From the human T2T-CHM13v2.0 reference genome, Homo sapiens: a stretch of DNA of 64,000 bases. The position numbers and the translations under genes were made by a program. Shown here piece after piece: positions 15,131 to 28,120 of the stretch (position 1 is its first letter; the number at the start of each line of letters is the position of its first letter). The notes below the pieces were generated by a model that was given only the letters and a program-made list of their open reading frames with translations, did not search any database and was not told where the DNA came from. The stretch is taken from the NCBI RefSeq assembly GCF_009914755.1, contig NC_060935.1; one strand, 5' to 3'.

Positions 15131-15809
15131 ATCTTCCTCCAGCATCTTGAGGGTGGGTGTTTCTGAACCTGGATTCAGACCACAGCTGTGATGATGGACA
15201 GACCTAGTACAGGAGGGAGAGACAGGAAATTGACCAGAAAATCCTATGCCTGTGTAAAGACAGCCTATTTATGCGTATGGATTCCCTAGGTAAAGGCATC
15301 CATAGGCTCTGCTCATTTCCCCTGTGTTTCTAGAGTGGGAACATGGGATCATCACCTGATCTGTGGCTCTCACTTTTCTCTGCAGCGTAGGAGTGAGTGA
15401 CATGTACAAATACATCCTCCAGAGACCTTGGGGGAGGGAGGTGAGGACGTGGAACAGGGAGATGGAATCTCAGGAGATCAGAAAGCAATTTGAACATGAA
15501 GTTACTCTCTGGGGCCTGGCAGCTGTGTGGAGAAAACGATATAATTTAACGTTTCTTGGAAATTGATATTCTCACTTCCCAACGAATCTGGGTTTGTGGA
15601 CAGATCTCGGTTCCGTCTCCCTCACCGTGGTTTGTGATAACTGCTGATTATCCATATTCGTATAAGATTTGCATTTCCACATGGACTCTTTGCTTGAAAA
15701 CAGGCCTGTGTTAGTTTGGCACTTGGGTCTATGCGGTTCTCAGGTGTCATCCTTGAACTTTGTGCCTTGACTCCTTTCCAGGCTTACACCCCCTCGGAAA
15801 TCATGGTAA

Positions 15810-16040
15810 TCGTAGGAGCTAACACTGATTCTATAGCAACTACCATGGGACAGACCTTGTTCTAAACACTTCTCATGTCCTAAATTATTAATCTTCACAC
15901 ACTGTTCACTGATGCAGGTACAATGAACACTGTTTTACAACTGAGGCACAGAGAGGTTAGGTGACTTCCCACGGCCACACAGCCCATCTGTGGTGGAAGC
16001 AGGAATAGAACCAGAGTCTGCCTTCTTAACACTGTGCCAT
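15810..16040 (-). mobile_element. MIR
   Basis: actgaggcacagagaggttaggtgacttcccacggccacacagc. Confidence 0.8.
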
Positions 16041-16539
16041 TCTGAGTTCCCCAGGAGTTCCTTTACACACACCCATCATGCACTGTGCAGATGTCCATTG
16101 CTGAGTTTCTAACACTGGGGAGCACTCATATATTTTCCCATTTATCTCCACCGAGAGGTCTCTGAAGCTGGGGCACAAGCTTCTTCATTCTGCATCCCCA
16201 GGACCCGGCATGGCACCTGGCACATGGAGACTATGCAATCAGGTTCTTGTCACAAAAGGATTCAAATCTGAAATTCACTTTCAGGGAAATTCACATCAGT
16301 GGCTCCCCAGGAATTGGGAAGGAGCCATTTGAGAAGCAGAGAGCCACAGGTCCATAGATGCGTCTGGCTGTCAGGACATGGGCCCGAATAACCCAGCTTC
16401 TCGCTTGATGCTGAACATTAGTACAGAGCTGAGGTGCATTGCTGAATCTTGAGGGGGTGGGTGCTTGGAGTGTGTATCTCAAGAGGTGTGATAGCTCTTC
16501 TGAATGATGGTAGTGAGTATGCCATGGGCAAGGCAGGCT

Positions 16540-16712
16540 GGCACCATGGCTGAGAGCAGCATGCGCTTCTGATCTGGCTCTACCACTGATTTTCTTTAAA
16601 CCTCAGGTTCCACTTCTGTAAAATGGGTTTGTTATGGGGAATAAGTGAGATGCACAGTGAAATGTGTTCAGCACAGCGATTGGGCCATAGGTACTCAGTA
16701 AATGTTAGCTTA
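16540..16712 (+). mobile_element. MIR
   Basis: cctcaggttccacttctgtaaaatggg...cagcacag...catagg-tactcagtaaatgttagct. Confidence 0.8.
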
Positions 16713-16964
16713 ATGCATCTTATATTGTCAAAATTACTTTCTTATCTAGCACCCACTGGGTCCTCACACAGCCCTGCAAAGCCCCATTTGATGGAGGAGG
16801 AAACGGCGCAAAAATGATTACCATAGGTCATAGGGTTAGGAAGTGATGGAGCGAGAGTGGACCTGGAGCTCTGGCTCAAAAACCAGTGCCTTCATCCCGT
16901 ATTACCCGTTTGCCTTCATATCATTGGGAAAACTCAGGCTTTTCTTGCATCTTTTTTCTTTTTC

Positions 16965-17775
16965 CAAAAACCATTTATTGAGGTGAAATGCACATAACAT
17001 ACAATTAGGCATTTTAAAGTGTGCAATTCAGTGGCATTCAGCTCATTCATAGTGTCCTGTAGCCACCACCTCCGTCAAGTTCCAAAACATTTCCATCACC
17101 CCTTATCCATCAAGCAGTTTCTCCCCACCCTCCTCTTTCCTCAGCCCTTCGCAACCACCAATTCCTCTTCCTTCTCTATGGATTTACCTCTTCTGGGTAG
17201 TTCATATAAATGGAGTCATACACTATGTGGCCTTTTGTGTCTGGCTTCTTAGCATGCTTTCATGGTTCATTTCTGTTGCAGTGGGTATCAGAACTCCATT
17301 CCCTTTTGTGGCTGAATAATATTCCATAGTATGTATATACCATAATTTGCTTACTCATTCATCTGTTGATGAATATTTATTTCTATCTTTTGGCTGTTGT
17401 GAACAGCACTGCTATGTTTGAGCACCTGTTTTCAATTTTTTTTCTTTTTTTTTTTTTTTGAGACAGGGTCTCACTGTGCCACCCAAGCTGGAGTGCTGTG
17501 ACTCGATCTCGGCTTATGGCTCACTGTAACCTCCTCCTGGGCTGGAGCCATCCTCCCACCTCAGCCTCCCAAGTAGCTGGGACTGCAGGCACATGCCACC
17601 ACACCCAGCTAATTTTTTGTTATTTTTTTGCAGGAAGGGGGTTTTGCCATGTTGCCCAGGCTAGTCTCGAACTCCTGGGCTCAAGTGATCTGCCCGCCGT
17701 GGCCTCTCAAAGTGCTAGGATTACAGGTGTGAGCCACCAAGCCCAACCTGTTTTCAATTCTTTTGAGTATATAGT
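16965..17775 (-). mobile_element. L1MB-type 3' end split by an AluJ
   Basis: tttattgaggtgaaatgcacataacatacaatt...aagtgtgcaattcagtggcatt...catataaatggagtcata...ggctgaataatattccat. Confidence 0.88.
17438..17748 (-). mobile_element. AluJ
   Basis: gagacagggtctcactg...ttgcccaggctagtctcgaactcctgggctcaagtgatc; TSD tgttttcaatt on both sides. Confidence 0.95.
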
Positions 17776-17963
17776 GGTTTCCTCATATTTTAAAAGAACA
17801 GGCAGAAGCATGTTACACTGTCATTTCGTAGTATGATGTAACCAGTAGGCATTTCTAATTAAAGAATTGGCTGATATCCGTCTCATCCCAAAACAATAGC
17901 AGGCTTCCTTTTCTACAAACACAGTTGAAACTCTTTTATATCCCTAGTCAATAACTGGAGTTT

Positions 17964-17965
<2 letters not shown>

Positions 17966-17999
<34 letters not shown>
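17966..17999. repeat. (AC)17 microsatellite
   Basis: read directly. Confidence 0.95.
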
Positions 18000-18001
<2 letters not shown>

Positions 18002-18284
18002 CTGCCTGTGCCTTCTCATACTGTAGCCACAGCTTTTCCACTAGTTGTTGTCCAACTGGGAGATTGCACCTCTGTTGATGTTTATTCACATAATCTGATG
18101 TTTTGTTTTGTTTCGTTTTGTTTTTTAACTGCCTTCATTAGATAGTCAGCATCTATCTGGATGTGATAAGAGAGAGGGAGGGAAAGGCACACTCTACAAT
18201 TAGCCTTGGAAAGGGAATCAGAAATGTAAGCACAATTAATCTCCTAGTGATAAACTCCTTGATGACATGTACCACATTTTAGGA

Positions 18285-18584
<300 letters not shown>

Positions 18585-18974
18585 TATGTTTTATGCTTTT
18601 TAAAGAACATTTAGCCCTGAGTGTAAAGTCAGGGCTCTGCAAATATTTGTTCAAGGAGTTAATCACAGCACTATTTTGATGTGCTGACAAGTTCCTTAAT
18701 GAAGATGGCTGCTATTGGTAAAATTAGGAACCCCCAGGGGGAGAACAGAAGGGTCAGCTCATTCCCCGGGATGACAGCTGTCCCAGTTAGCCCTGTGAGT
18801 GGGCAGGGCTGGCAATGCCATATGTTGCTAGTGGTCGACTTCGGTGGAAACAGGCCCTGTGGTTTCCTTCTTTCATCACTCTCAATGAGTAATCAAACAC
18901 GCTTACCTCCCAGGTCTCTGCCAGGTGGGCCTGCAAGCTGGGGGCATCCTCCGTCCTGTACAGCCAGGCAGGTC

Positions 18975-19195
18975 TAACCAAGGCAAAGAGCATGCACTTT
19001 GTAGATCTGCAGGCCTGGGTTCCAAACCCAGCCTGGCCACTTCCTGGCTGTGTGACCTGGGGCAAATGACTTAGCCTCTCTGGGCCTCAGTTCCCTGATA
19101 GGGTTACAGGAGTGATGACATGAGTGCTAGCTTGTAATGTGCTCAGCGAGGTGCTTGGTGCATATTAGGGCTCAGATCTGTGATTGTTGTTACTA
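18975..19195 (+). mobile_element. MIR
   Basis: cctgggttccaaacccagc...gctgtgtgacctggggcaaatgacttagcctctctgggcctcagtt. Confidence 0.88.
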
Positions 19196-20099
19196 TGCCC
19201 TTTCCCTCCTTCCTTCCTGCTGTGTGTATGATGTAGGACCTTCTTGTGTCTGATGTGTAACTGATGTTGCAGTTAAACTAAAAGAATCCTCTGCTGTCAT
19301 GGAGGGCAGTCCAGTGGGGATGACGCATAAACAGACTCACAGAGGGGGCACCACGTGCTGCTGGAACCCAGGGGAGGTGGTGCAAACTCTGATGGGGGCC
19401 CATCTTCACAGACTCCCTAGTCTGGTTCCTAGAGAATGAATAGTGGAAAAGGTGGGGCTAACATTCATATTGCCCATCCACTGACCCCACCCCCAAAGGG
19501 TGCCAGGGATCATTAAGGCACAGACCAGGTTCATGAAATAGCTTTACTGGGCTCAAAGAGATGCTGCAGGATTCTTAGCTAAAGCGGGTATCTGAGGGAG
19601 GGAGAGGGGGTGCCACGGGCTGCCCTCAGGCTGTGATGCTGCTTTGGCACCATTGGGGTCCCTAGGGTTCCTAGGAATGTTAAGACAGACCAGTGTACAT
19701 ACACACACACAGAAACACACAGAGCACTATTGCTTATTTGCCCTGAGAAAAATTAATGCTTCATGTGTTGAATGAGGGAGCAAAGCCCTGTGTCTGTGTG
19801 CGGCTCCCCGACACCAGGCCTGCTCTTTCTGGGGCCACCCATAACCCTCACCTTGCAGCAGCCTGCTGGCCGTCTCTCTGTGCCCAGCTTCCTCACTCTC
19901 CCAGGGAAAGGGCTGCCTTGATTTCTCCCAGTCCTGCCAGTCCATTCCTGGCCTCAGCAGCCTGGCGCTTCTGTCTCCTGCAGGCCAGGCACCCGGTCAG
20001 GCTGCTTCTGGAGAGATGACCCTGAGCAGGGGAAGACCATCTGCATGCCCTGTGCGCAGGAAGCCACAGGCCACGGCATGAGGACAGACACAAAGGAGA

Positions 20100-20300
20100 G
20101 GGTGTGCTTTGAGTGGATATGGGCCAAATCCTGGCTTAGTTTTCACTGTGTGATCACGGCAAGTCAGGGAACCTCTCTGAGTCTTGGTTTCCAGAGGGGG
20201 AAAGTGGGAATCATGATACTTCTTGCATTTGTGGGGTTAAAACGATGTATATAAAGTGCCTGGCACAGTTCAAGTGCTCAGCACACGGTGGTTATGAGCA
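20100..20300 (+). mobile_element. MIR
   Basis: ctgtgtgatcacggcaagtc...acctctctgagtcttggtttcc...aaagtgcctggcacag. Confidence 0.75.
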
Positions 20301-21473
20301 CAGTGTGAGTGAATTGGAGACAGTCTTACCCTTTCTCATGTCCAGGAGTGGCTGCCAAAGGGCTCTTGAAATTTCCACTCAGCAGGCGCTGCTGGGAGTA
20401 AGACCTCTATGAACTGGCTTTGTGCCCCTCCTTGCTGTGTGACCTTGAGTAAGACACTTGGTCTCTCTGAATGAGGTTAGAAACGGGAATTGTACAACCA
20501 CTATCAATGCCAGGGTCCCAGCTGCATGCATGACAAAAATACACTTCAGAGGCTGTTATTTTGCAAGAGGTACAAAACCTTGCCTGGAGAGGCCCAGGAA
20601 GGAGTGCATAGACCAGAGGGCAGACTATCACAGAGGGCTGAGCTGAGCAGCACAGAGCCCTCCTGGGTCCTCTGCACACTTGGGATCCAACCACGCCCAG
20701 ACCTGGAGAAAAGCCTGCATAATGCAGGGGCCAAGATGTAAAAATAAAAATCAAGGGTGCAGAGATCCTGGGAATGGGGCCTTGGAGATAGATCCTTCAG
20801 GGATCGTTGAACTTTATAAAGCAGCAAAGCCACTTTTTCAAAGGAAAGCCCAAATAGAAAACAGACAAAAGCAAGAAAGGAGTCCTCAGGCAGTTTAATT
20901 CTTCATTGTTTGGTGGAAAATGCCTCATTGTTTGTGGCATCTCTGCAGAGAACCAGAATGGAGGTTCCCAGACTTCATTTCCTTTACCAATAATTTTTTA
21001 AAAAAAGTCAGGACTGACATCTGCATCTGGTTGCCAATCTCTTCCTGTTGCAGAATAAGGATTTTTTTTTAAGATAACAATCATCCCTTATCACCATTAT
21101 TTCTTGGAAGAAAGAATATTTGCCCCTCTTCCCATCCCCCAGATAGGAAGGACTGGGCTTTACAATGAAGACACGTGGCTCCATGAAAACTCACTGTCTT
21201 GTCTTGAGTTTTCTCATTTGCTTATTTGAAAATCACAACAGCAGAGCAGGATGTGTGAACCCCTTCCAGAAGGTTTCCAGCCACATGGTTTGAAAAGCAT
21301 TGACTAGTCCCAGTGCCTCATTTTGCAGATGTGAAAACTGAGATCCTGAAAATAATACAGTGCACTCAGCAACACTTTGTGTCTGTGCCATGCTATGCAC
21401 CAAGCCTGAGTTAATACTGGGGCTTCAGAGAGAAACACCATCTAGGAGGGTCCCAGAGGGAGTTGGTGGTAGA

Positions 21474-21517
21474 ATCCATCCATCCATCCATCCATCCATC
21501 CATCCATCCATCCATCC
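21474..21517. repeat. (ATCC)n tetranucleotide repeat at an L2 tail
   Basis: about 11 ATCC units grading into cattcat (antisense L2 tail). Confidence 0.92.
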
Positions 21518-21519
21518 AC

Positions 21520-21900
21520 CCACCCACTCATTCATCAATGGTAAATGGTGTGGCCACTACAATAGACCAGCCAACCAGGAGTACAAGCTATGAACAGGGC
21601 CTACAAGGTACTGCCTACTGGGTTTAAAGTCTGATAGAGCAGGCTGCTAAAACTAAAGAAAGCAAGTACATAAGATAATTTCAGAGAGTAAAAAGTGATG
21701 CAAAGATGATGAAATATGATAAGATGGAAGGGTGACAATGGGGGCTGCTTGGGTGTGTCCCTCTGATGGGAGAATATTGTGCAAAGAAGACCTGAACCAT
21801 GAGAAGAATCTCACTATGCAGAGAGCTGGCAGAAGAGCATTCCAGGCAGAGGAAACGGCAAGATAGAAAGGTGCTTGGCGTGGGAGCATGGCAGTGGGAA
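21520..21900 (-). mobile_element. L2 3' region
   Basis: aagacctgaacc...agagcattccaggcagaggaaacggcaag. Confidence 0.75.
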
Positions 21901-22839
21901 GATTAGAGTGGCAGATGGTGAAGCCAGTCAGAGGCTTCACTGTGGGCCTAGGAAGGGCTCAGCAGGCAGGCAGCTAGGCTCCCACCTGTAATGTAGGGCA
22001 GGCACTCCTGGGGGCTTCCAGGCCCCACTGGGACCTGCCTTCTACCTTGACATATGGATCCAGGCACAGACTAGAGTGATCCACGGGCTGGATGCATTTC
22101 TCTCCTCATTTCTCAATCCATCTTGTGTCGAAACAAGGGACCAAAATGAGCCCATGTGCACTCCCAGAAGATGACTAAGAATGGAGAGGCCAAAGGCTGA
22201 CTTCTTCAGCTCTGCTGCTGATCAGCCCTTCCTCAGGGGTGGCTGGACTGTGGGCCGGATGGGGGCACCCTCAGGGTTAGGGTGTGTGGTCTGGAGGCCT
22301 GCCCAGCCGAGGTGTGTTCTTTTGTCCCTGGAGTGTGTGGTGTGTGAAGGGGGGTCTGGGGAGTTGAGGGCTGATGGGATTTGGTTACTTGCTCAACAAT
22401 TATGTATTGAGCACCTACCCTGTGCTGGGGATTGCTCTAGAATGGCCCCAGGGATACCATGGTGATAATGATAAATACATACATGCCTTAGATAAACTCA
22501 GGCCATGGTGAGTGCCCACAAAATAAAAGGAGCTCATGGAGCATGATGGAGGAGTAGGGAGGGTGCGGGAGACTTCAGCTCACTGGGCAGGGGCAGCTTC
22601 TCTTGGAGGAGCGGGCAGTTGAGAGCAAGCTTGACAGCCCACCAGCCATGTGTCATCAGGAGAAGTGTGCCGGGCCGAGAGACCAGTAAAGGCAATGAGG
22701 TGGGCACAAGAGGAGGCTGGGTGGCTGGGCAGAGGGAGCAGAGCAGATGATGGAGTCTCACGGAGCCTTCTCCCCAATATATCCAGAAAACAAAATCAGT
22801 GTCCGTGTGCAGCACAAATGCAGTGGGGAAAGCACCAGA

Positions 22840-22955
22840 ATATAAAAACCTGAGCTCTTATCGTGCCTTCCTGTGTGACCTGGGGCAAGTTTATTGCCCA
22901 CTCTGGGCCTTAGTTTCTTGTCTGTAAACAAGACTGCTGGACTGGAGAAGGGATG
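22840..22955 (+). mobile_element. MIR
   Basis: ctgtgtgacctggggcaagtt...ctctgggccttagtttcttgtctgtaaa. Confidence 0.78.
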
Positions 22956-22984
22956 ATAAATCACTTTTATTGTTAGCGCCAATG

Positions 22985-23143
22985 TAGACCAATGATAGCA
23001 GCTGCCAAGGCACTGGACTGAAAAGGTGCACGGAGCTCCCTTCCAGGTGGATCAGCAAAGAGTACTGTAATCGATTAGTGATGTCTGCCATGGGTGAGAA
23101 CCAGGAGGCAGTTGCATGTGTGCCACACATTTGCCATTCCTGG
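22985..23143. mobile_element. hAT-Charlie relic (Charlie4z-like)
   Basis: aaagagtactgtaatcgattagtgatgtctgccatggg...atttgccattcctg terminus; subfamily from memory. Confidence 0.6.
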
Positions 23144-23279
23144 GTCACCCGCAACTGAAATTGTCCAGAGACTGCATTGGATATGCATGTGCTTGTACCA
23201 GCTTCAGCATCTGTGTCTTTTCCCCTCTGGTTCATCAGAATCGAGTGCTATGTGTGCTCTGGCACAGATGAACATCAGA

Positions 23280-23480
23280 GAATAATAGCAGCTGATGTGT
23301 GATGCTGCCTCTGTGTTGACACCAGGCCCTGGTGCTCATAACCCGTGCAGTCCTCCCAGCAACCCTGGGAGAGGATCTTAACTCCTCTCTCCATACATGG
23401 GGATTGAAGGCAGGTGAGGGCCCACACATGTTCAGAGACTGCACCCTGAGAATTGCTTGGGGAATGAGTTGATGAGAAGC
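23280..23480 (-). mobile_element. MIR
   Basis: aataatagcagct...tcctcccagcaaccctgggag. Confidence 0.6.
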
Positions 23481-24092
23481 TGGTGCTGACTGGTAGCTTC
23501 TCCCATGTCCTCCTGCTTTCTCCGAGCCTGCCTGACTCCAGTGAGTTCTGCCTCCAAATGCAAGTGAGTGTAGACTTCCTGGGGGAATCTGCTCCCAAGC
23601 TGCTGCTGTCTGGGTGCAGGAAGGAGGTGGGCCATGGTGCCTCCTGAGCAGGAGGAGCCTGGCAGCTTTCTTTTCCAAGCTGCTGTCTGCCTCTCCTCTT
23701 CCTCCATTGCACTTCTGTTCTGTCCCTGCCAAGGAAGAGCAGTACAGGAGAGTGCCAGGCCCTGGTGAGGCAACTTTCTGGTCAGGGAATCCTGTGGCTA
23801 GTTGGGCTCTGGTGCCACATGTGCAGTGAGCTACTGGAGCTAGCGAGGTGGGGCCACTTGAATGAAGGCTTCCTCTCAGGGAAGTGTGAGGCTGGAGGCG
23901 AGGAGCAGGGTTGGGGGCCTGCTTAGCTTCCCTTTAGGGATGCCCTTGTGAACACCACAAGATCAGCACACGGAAGAGGCAGCTGATGGCATGCACGGTG
24001 GGCCATCCTGGGTTCCAGCTCTGGCTTTGCTGCCTGCCCTCACTGTGAGCTTGAGCAAGTCACTCAACCTCTTTCTCAGAGTAAAATGTGAT

Positions 24093-24598
24093 TTATATTG
24101 GTTATCACCAAAGTAATGCCACATAACAAAAGATTCCAAAGCTCAGTGGCTGAAACCAACGTTTACTCTCAGCTCAAGGGCTGTAGGCTAGCTGCCACAT
24201 GGCTGGGCTGGCCTGGCCCTAGGCTTTCGGCTCCAGGCTTGGCTGCAGGTTGTGTTGATGTCTGCTCTCTGTGTCTCTCTTCCTCCTTGGGCCAGCAGCT
24301 GCCTGGACCCTGTGGTCAGCTCTACGTGTGTTTATGCTGCGACTTAGGCTGAAGGGGCAGTGGCTACTGAGATTTTCTTCTCACAGCAATTGACCAGAGG
24401 CCAAGAAGACCCTCCCAGCCTTGGGCACAGTCATGCCTCTGCTCTGACATCCCATTGGTCAAAGTAAGTCATGTGGACAGGGCCAAATTCAAGGGGTGGA
24501 CAGTCACTCCACCCATGTGAGGCTATAGCAAGAATGTGGGTGACTCATTGTTTTATGGAGAGGGAAGACTTGGGAACCCTAATTCAACATGCCACCAA
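24093..24598 (-). mobile_element. old MLT1 (MLT1H/I/J-type) solo LTR
   Basis: gtaatgccacataacaaa...ctcagtggctgaaac...acatcccattggtcaaagtaagtcatgtggacag. Confidence 0.75.
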
Positions 24599-26089
24599 AG
24601 TGCAGAAGGGCTTTGATACAATACATGGTGTCCAACCCATCTACTTCACAGACAAGAAATGAGGCTCCAGGAGCTGAAGTCACCCAGGTCACCTGACCAC
24701 TGTGGTCCAGGCACTTCTGCCAGTGTGGTTTCATTTCATCCAGCTGGACAACAGTCCTCAGTGGGAACTGAAATTATTCCTGCTTTGTAAATGGGAGGTC
24801 TGAGGCTGGAGAGGAGAGGCCTGTAGCTGAGATCACCTATCCAGGAAATGGGGCTGGGGTAGGGATCTGCAGAGTTCTGATTTTTTTCCATGTTGATTGC
24901 TAATATCTGTTCCCATTAGCCTTTAAGCCTGTGTTAAGTCAGGAGAGCAGGGAGCACTGGCCTGCAAGTCAGGATATCCCACTTTTGCAAATGGCTAGGT
25001 GGGTGATGTGGGCAAGTCCCTGTTGTTTAACTTGGCTGGTGCAGAACTGACGGTGAATGGCAGGAAAGCCCATTTCCCTCCACGGCCCTGCCCATGCAGC
25101 CCTCCCTGGGCAGGGGATGCTATTTCTATACATCCTCCAGGACGCAGCCCTCCCAGGGCCCTGACCCTCACCTTCCTCTGTCCCCAGCTCTGAAGCAATG
25201 GAGAGCCTGGGGCCAGAGGGCCAGAGGATTTCCTGGCTCAGCACCCCAGCTGTCCAGAGAGCATCAGCAGGGGCCCGATCCTGTGTCCTTGCCTGGGTTC
25301 TCTGTTTCCAGCTGATCAGGGCAGATGAACAGGTGGCCCAGCGTCCTGCATTTGTCTGAGACCTGGCTCCTGGCTTCTCTCCTGTGTGCCCACTTCACTC
25401 CGGGAAGAGCTAGAGCATCCCCCATTCCCCTCTGCCTGCCTGCCCTATCCCCACATCTTCAATCCCCCAGGGCCGGGAAACACAGTAGTCAATGTCTGAC
25501 TGTTATCCTTGCAAGGAAAGGGAGGAAGAAGTGAACAGTTATGTACTGACCGCTCATGTGCCAGGCCCTACATAGCAATAGTTATTATATTGAAAGAATA
25601 ATATATGATATAACATGTCCTAGATGAGCCTGTCATATAAGGGGGGAGTCCTGGCTGGGGCTCAAGGGGCCTAGGCCTGAGTTCTGGTCCTGCCACTAAC
25701 AGCACGTGGCCTGACTTCCCTGAACCTATTTCCCCATTTGCCAAATGGCCTAGGTGATCTCTTACGTCCCTCCCAACCCTGGTAGTCCAGGGTTGGGCCA
25801 GACAGAACCCTCCTGAGTAAACAGCCTGGCCATTTGCCTGTCTCCCCAGGTCCCAGTTTCATGGATTGTTTAGAACATTCCCTGGAATCTAAGCCACGGA
25901 CGCGCCTGGTGTGCGGATGTGGAGCTGGATCTGGGGAAGGAGTCAGGCTGCTCTGAGCCCCCTTCTGTCAAGGCTGCCTTCAGGCGGGCTCTTCTCTGGA
26001 GTGGTTTGGCCCCATCTTGCCTTTGGCCAGGGATTGCTGCCACCTCTAGGCTCCTGCTCTGTGCCCCTGGCTGGGAATTTGCACCCACG

Positions 26090-26700
26090 CAAGCTGCTGA
26101 GTGCTAATGAGAGGAGCCGGTAATTATAGGGACTGGAGTTGGGAAACTTGACTTCTGAGGAATAGATATTGGGGACAGCAGAAACGGCTGCATTTCAGGC
26201 TAATCGCAGGGGCCCAGGGAACTTGCTCTGTGTGTATGTTGGGAAGGGAGGTGGACTGTGCGCATGTGCATGTGTGTCGGGTTCTTTAAAACTGCTAATT
26301 GTCAGGGTGAAAATATTTTCACACATTTGCTCTCCAGGAGAATGTTATTATGGTGCACACTGGCAGCCTCGTTGAAGTCAAACGGCACAGTCAACATGGA
26401 ACTCCTAATTAATAGACGCTCATGCTGCTCTTGGGCACGGCAGTGGAAGTAATTATCATGATTTAATTGACTTTTCTCCCCTCTCTTATGCACTCTGCTT
26501 TTTCCATTTTCTTGAGCTTGGAAGGCTTTTTTTTTTTCCTCTTTCCTTTCCTTTTTTTTTTCTTTATGCATACTGTCTCTCATGCCAGTGCTCTGTCAAA
26601 TCCTATTACAATAAATATTGTGACAGCAAAAATCTCTATATCACAGAAAAGTCCAGAGCCTGAGCCAATGGCTTACTTATTACTTATTACCTTCTGTTGG
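26090..26700. promoter_or_regulatory. candidate conserved non-coding element / enhancer
   Basis: repeat-free; many TAAT/ATTA cores, TGACAG/CTGTCA, 16-bp palindrome; function inferred only. Confidence 0.45.
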
Positions 26701-27299
26701 TCTTGTAAAGGTACAGACAGATCCAGGCAAAGGTGTCTGGCAAGGGGAAAGGGAGTTGATTTGCTCAAAAGTTTTGGTTTCTGAAAGCTCCCTGGGACTA
26801 AGGACACAGAGAACCATCTGCACTAGCGCCGGCCAAGGAGGGTTGCTGTCAAGGTCTAGTCAGGGCTTAAGGAAATCCAAGGGGCAAAACTGGGACACCT
26901 CTGAGCCCCTGCGACCAGCAAATGGAAGAATTCTATCTCTGGCCAGGCTCCTTCAGGGTGGCCCATGCTCTCTGTGCTTTGACTAGCGTGTTCTACTCAC
27001 TCATGATAACCTTGACCCAACTGGTGCCTGCGCCACACATTCTCATGGGTTTCAGTTAAGTTTCTCATAGCCAACTGGCCAGAGCCCTAGGAGCCTCCCT
27101 ATGCAAACCTGAATGCCTCTTGCTGTTAGGTGGGGCCTTCCACACCCAGCCATGCCTTCTGTTGCTAATGGTCAAGGGGTGGACTGCTCTGGGCACAGGC
27201 GTCCTCCCTGGTCCAGTCATCTGTGGCAAGTGGACAGGGTCATATGGTGCACTGTCCACTTCTCAGAAGCTATGGACAGAGCTTTTTGCAATAGATGAG

Positions 27300-27935
27300 A
27301 CTGTGGGAGGTGCCACGTGGCACTTGAGAGCTAGACTGTTTGTGATTGAATCCTGTTTTGGCCACTTGCTGTGCATTTTTGGGCAAGTTCCTTAAACTTC
27401 CTAAGCCTTGGGATCCTCATCCATAAAATGATACTTTCCTAGGTTGTCATGAAAGATACATGAGTGATATGGTTTGGATATTTGTCCCCCCGCCCCCAAT
27501 CTCGTGTTGAAATTTGACCCCCAGTGTTGGAGGTGTGGTGGAGTGGAAGGTGTTTGGCTCATGGGGGTGGATCCTTTATGTCATGAATGGTTTCGTGCCC
27601 TCCCTGCAATAATGAGTAAATTATTGCTTTATTAGTTCATGCAAGAGCAGGTGTTTAAAGGAGCATAGCTTCTCTGTTGCTCCCTCTCTTGCCATGTGAC
27701 ATGCCTGCTCCCCCTTCACCTTCTGCCATGAGTAAAAGCTTCCTGGGGGTTCACCAGAAGCCAGCCAGATGCTGTGCCATGCTTGTACAGCCTGTAGAAC
27801 AATGAGCCAAGTAAACCTCTTTTTTAAATCAATTACCCAGTCTCAGGTATTCCTCCAGAGCAATACATATGGACTAATACAATGAGTTGGTGCTTGTGAT
27901 ACACCAGAGAGGCACTCAATAAAATGTTAACTTTT
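27300..27935 (+). mobile_element. MIR split by an MST LTR
   Basis: gggcaagttccttaaacttcctaagcc...ctcatccataaaatg...gttgtcatgaaagatacatgag | ...ggcactcaataaaatgttaac. Confidence 0.75.
27465..27881 (+). mobile_element. MST (MSTB-like) ERVL-MaLR solo LTR
   Basis: TG...CA ends (tgatatggtttgg...ggactaataca); 5-bp TSD ATGAG at 27460-27464 and 27882-27886. Confidence 0.93.
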
Positions 27936-27999
27936 AGGGTGCAGAAAGATAGATGAGGCGGCTACCAGTGTCTGATTAACAAGTGGGAGCATGCTAAAA

Positions 28000-28120
28000 T
28001 CACAGACATCGAACATTGCAATAAGCCTGAGAGATCATCGAGTTTAACTCTACACTCCTCAGTGTACACATGGGAAACTGAAGCACAGAGAGGGGATGTA
28101 GTCCTTTTTAAGGTCAAATA
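28000..28120 (-). mobile_element. MIR
   Basis: gagatcatcgagttta...catgggaaactgaagcacagagaggg. Confidence 0.7.

Noticed and set aside
21474-21517. (ATCC)n repeat and IHPS-repeat ORF
   Set aside because: Ordinary microsatellite grown from an L2 tail.
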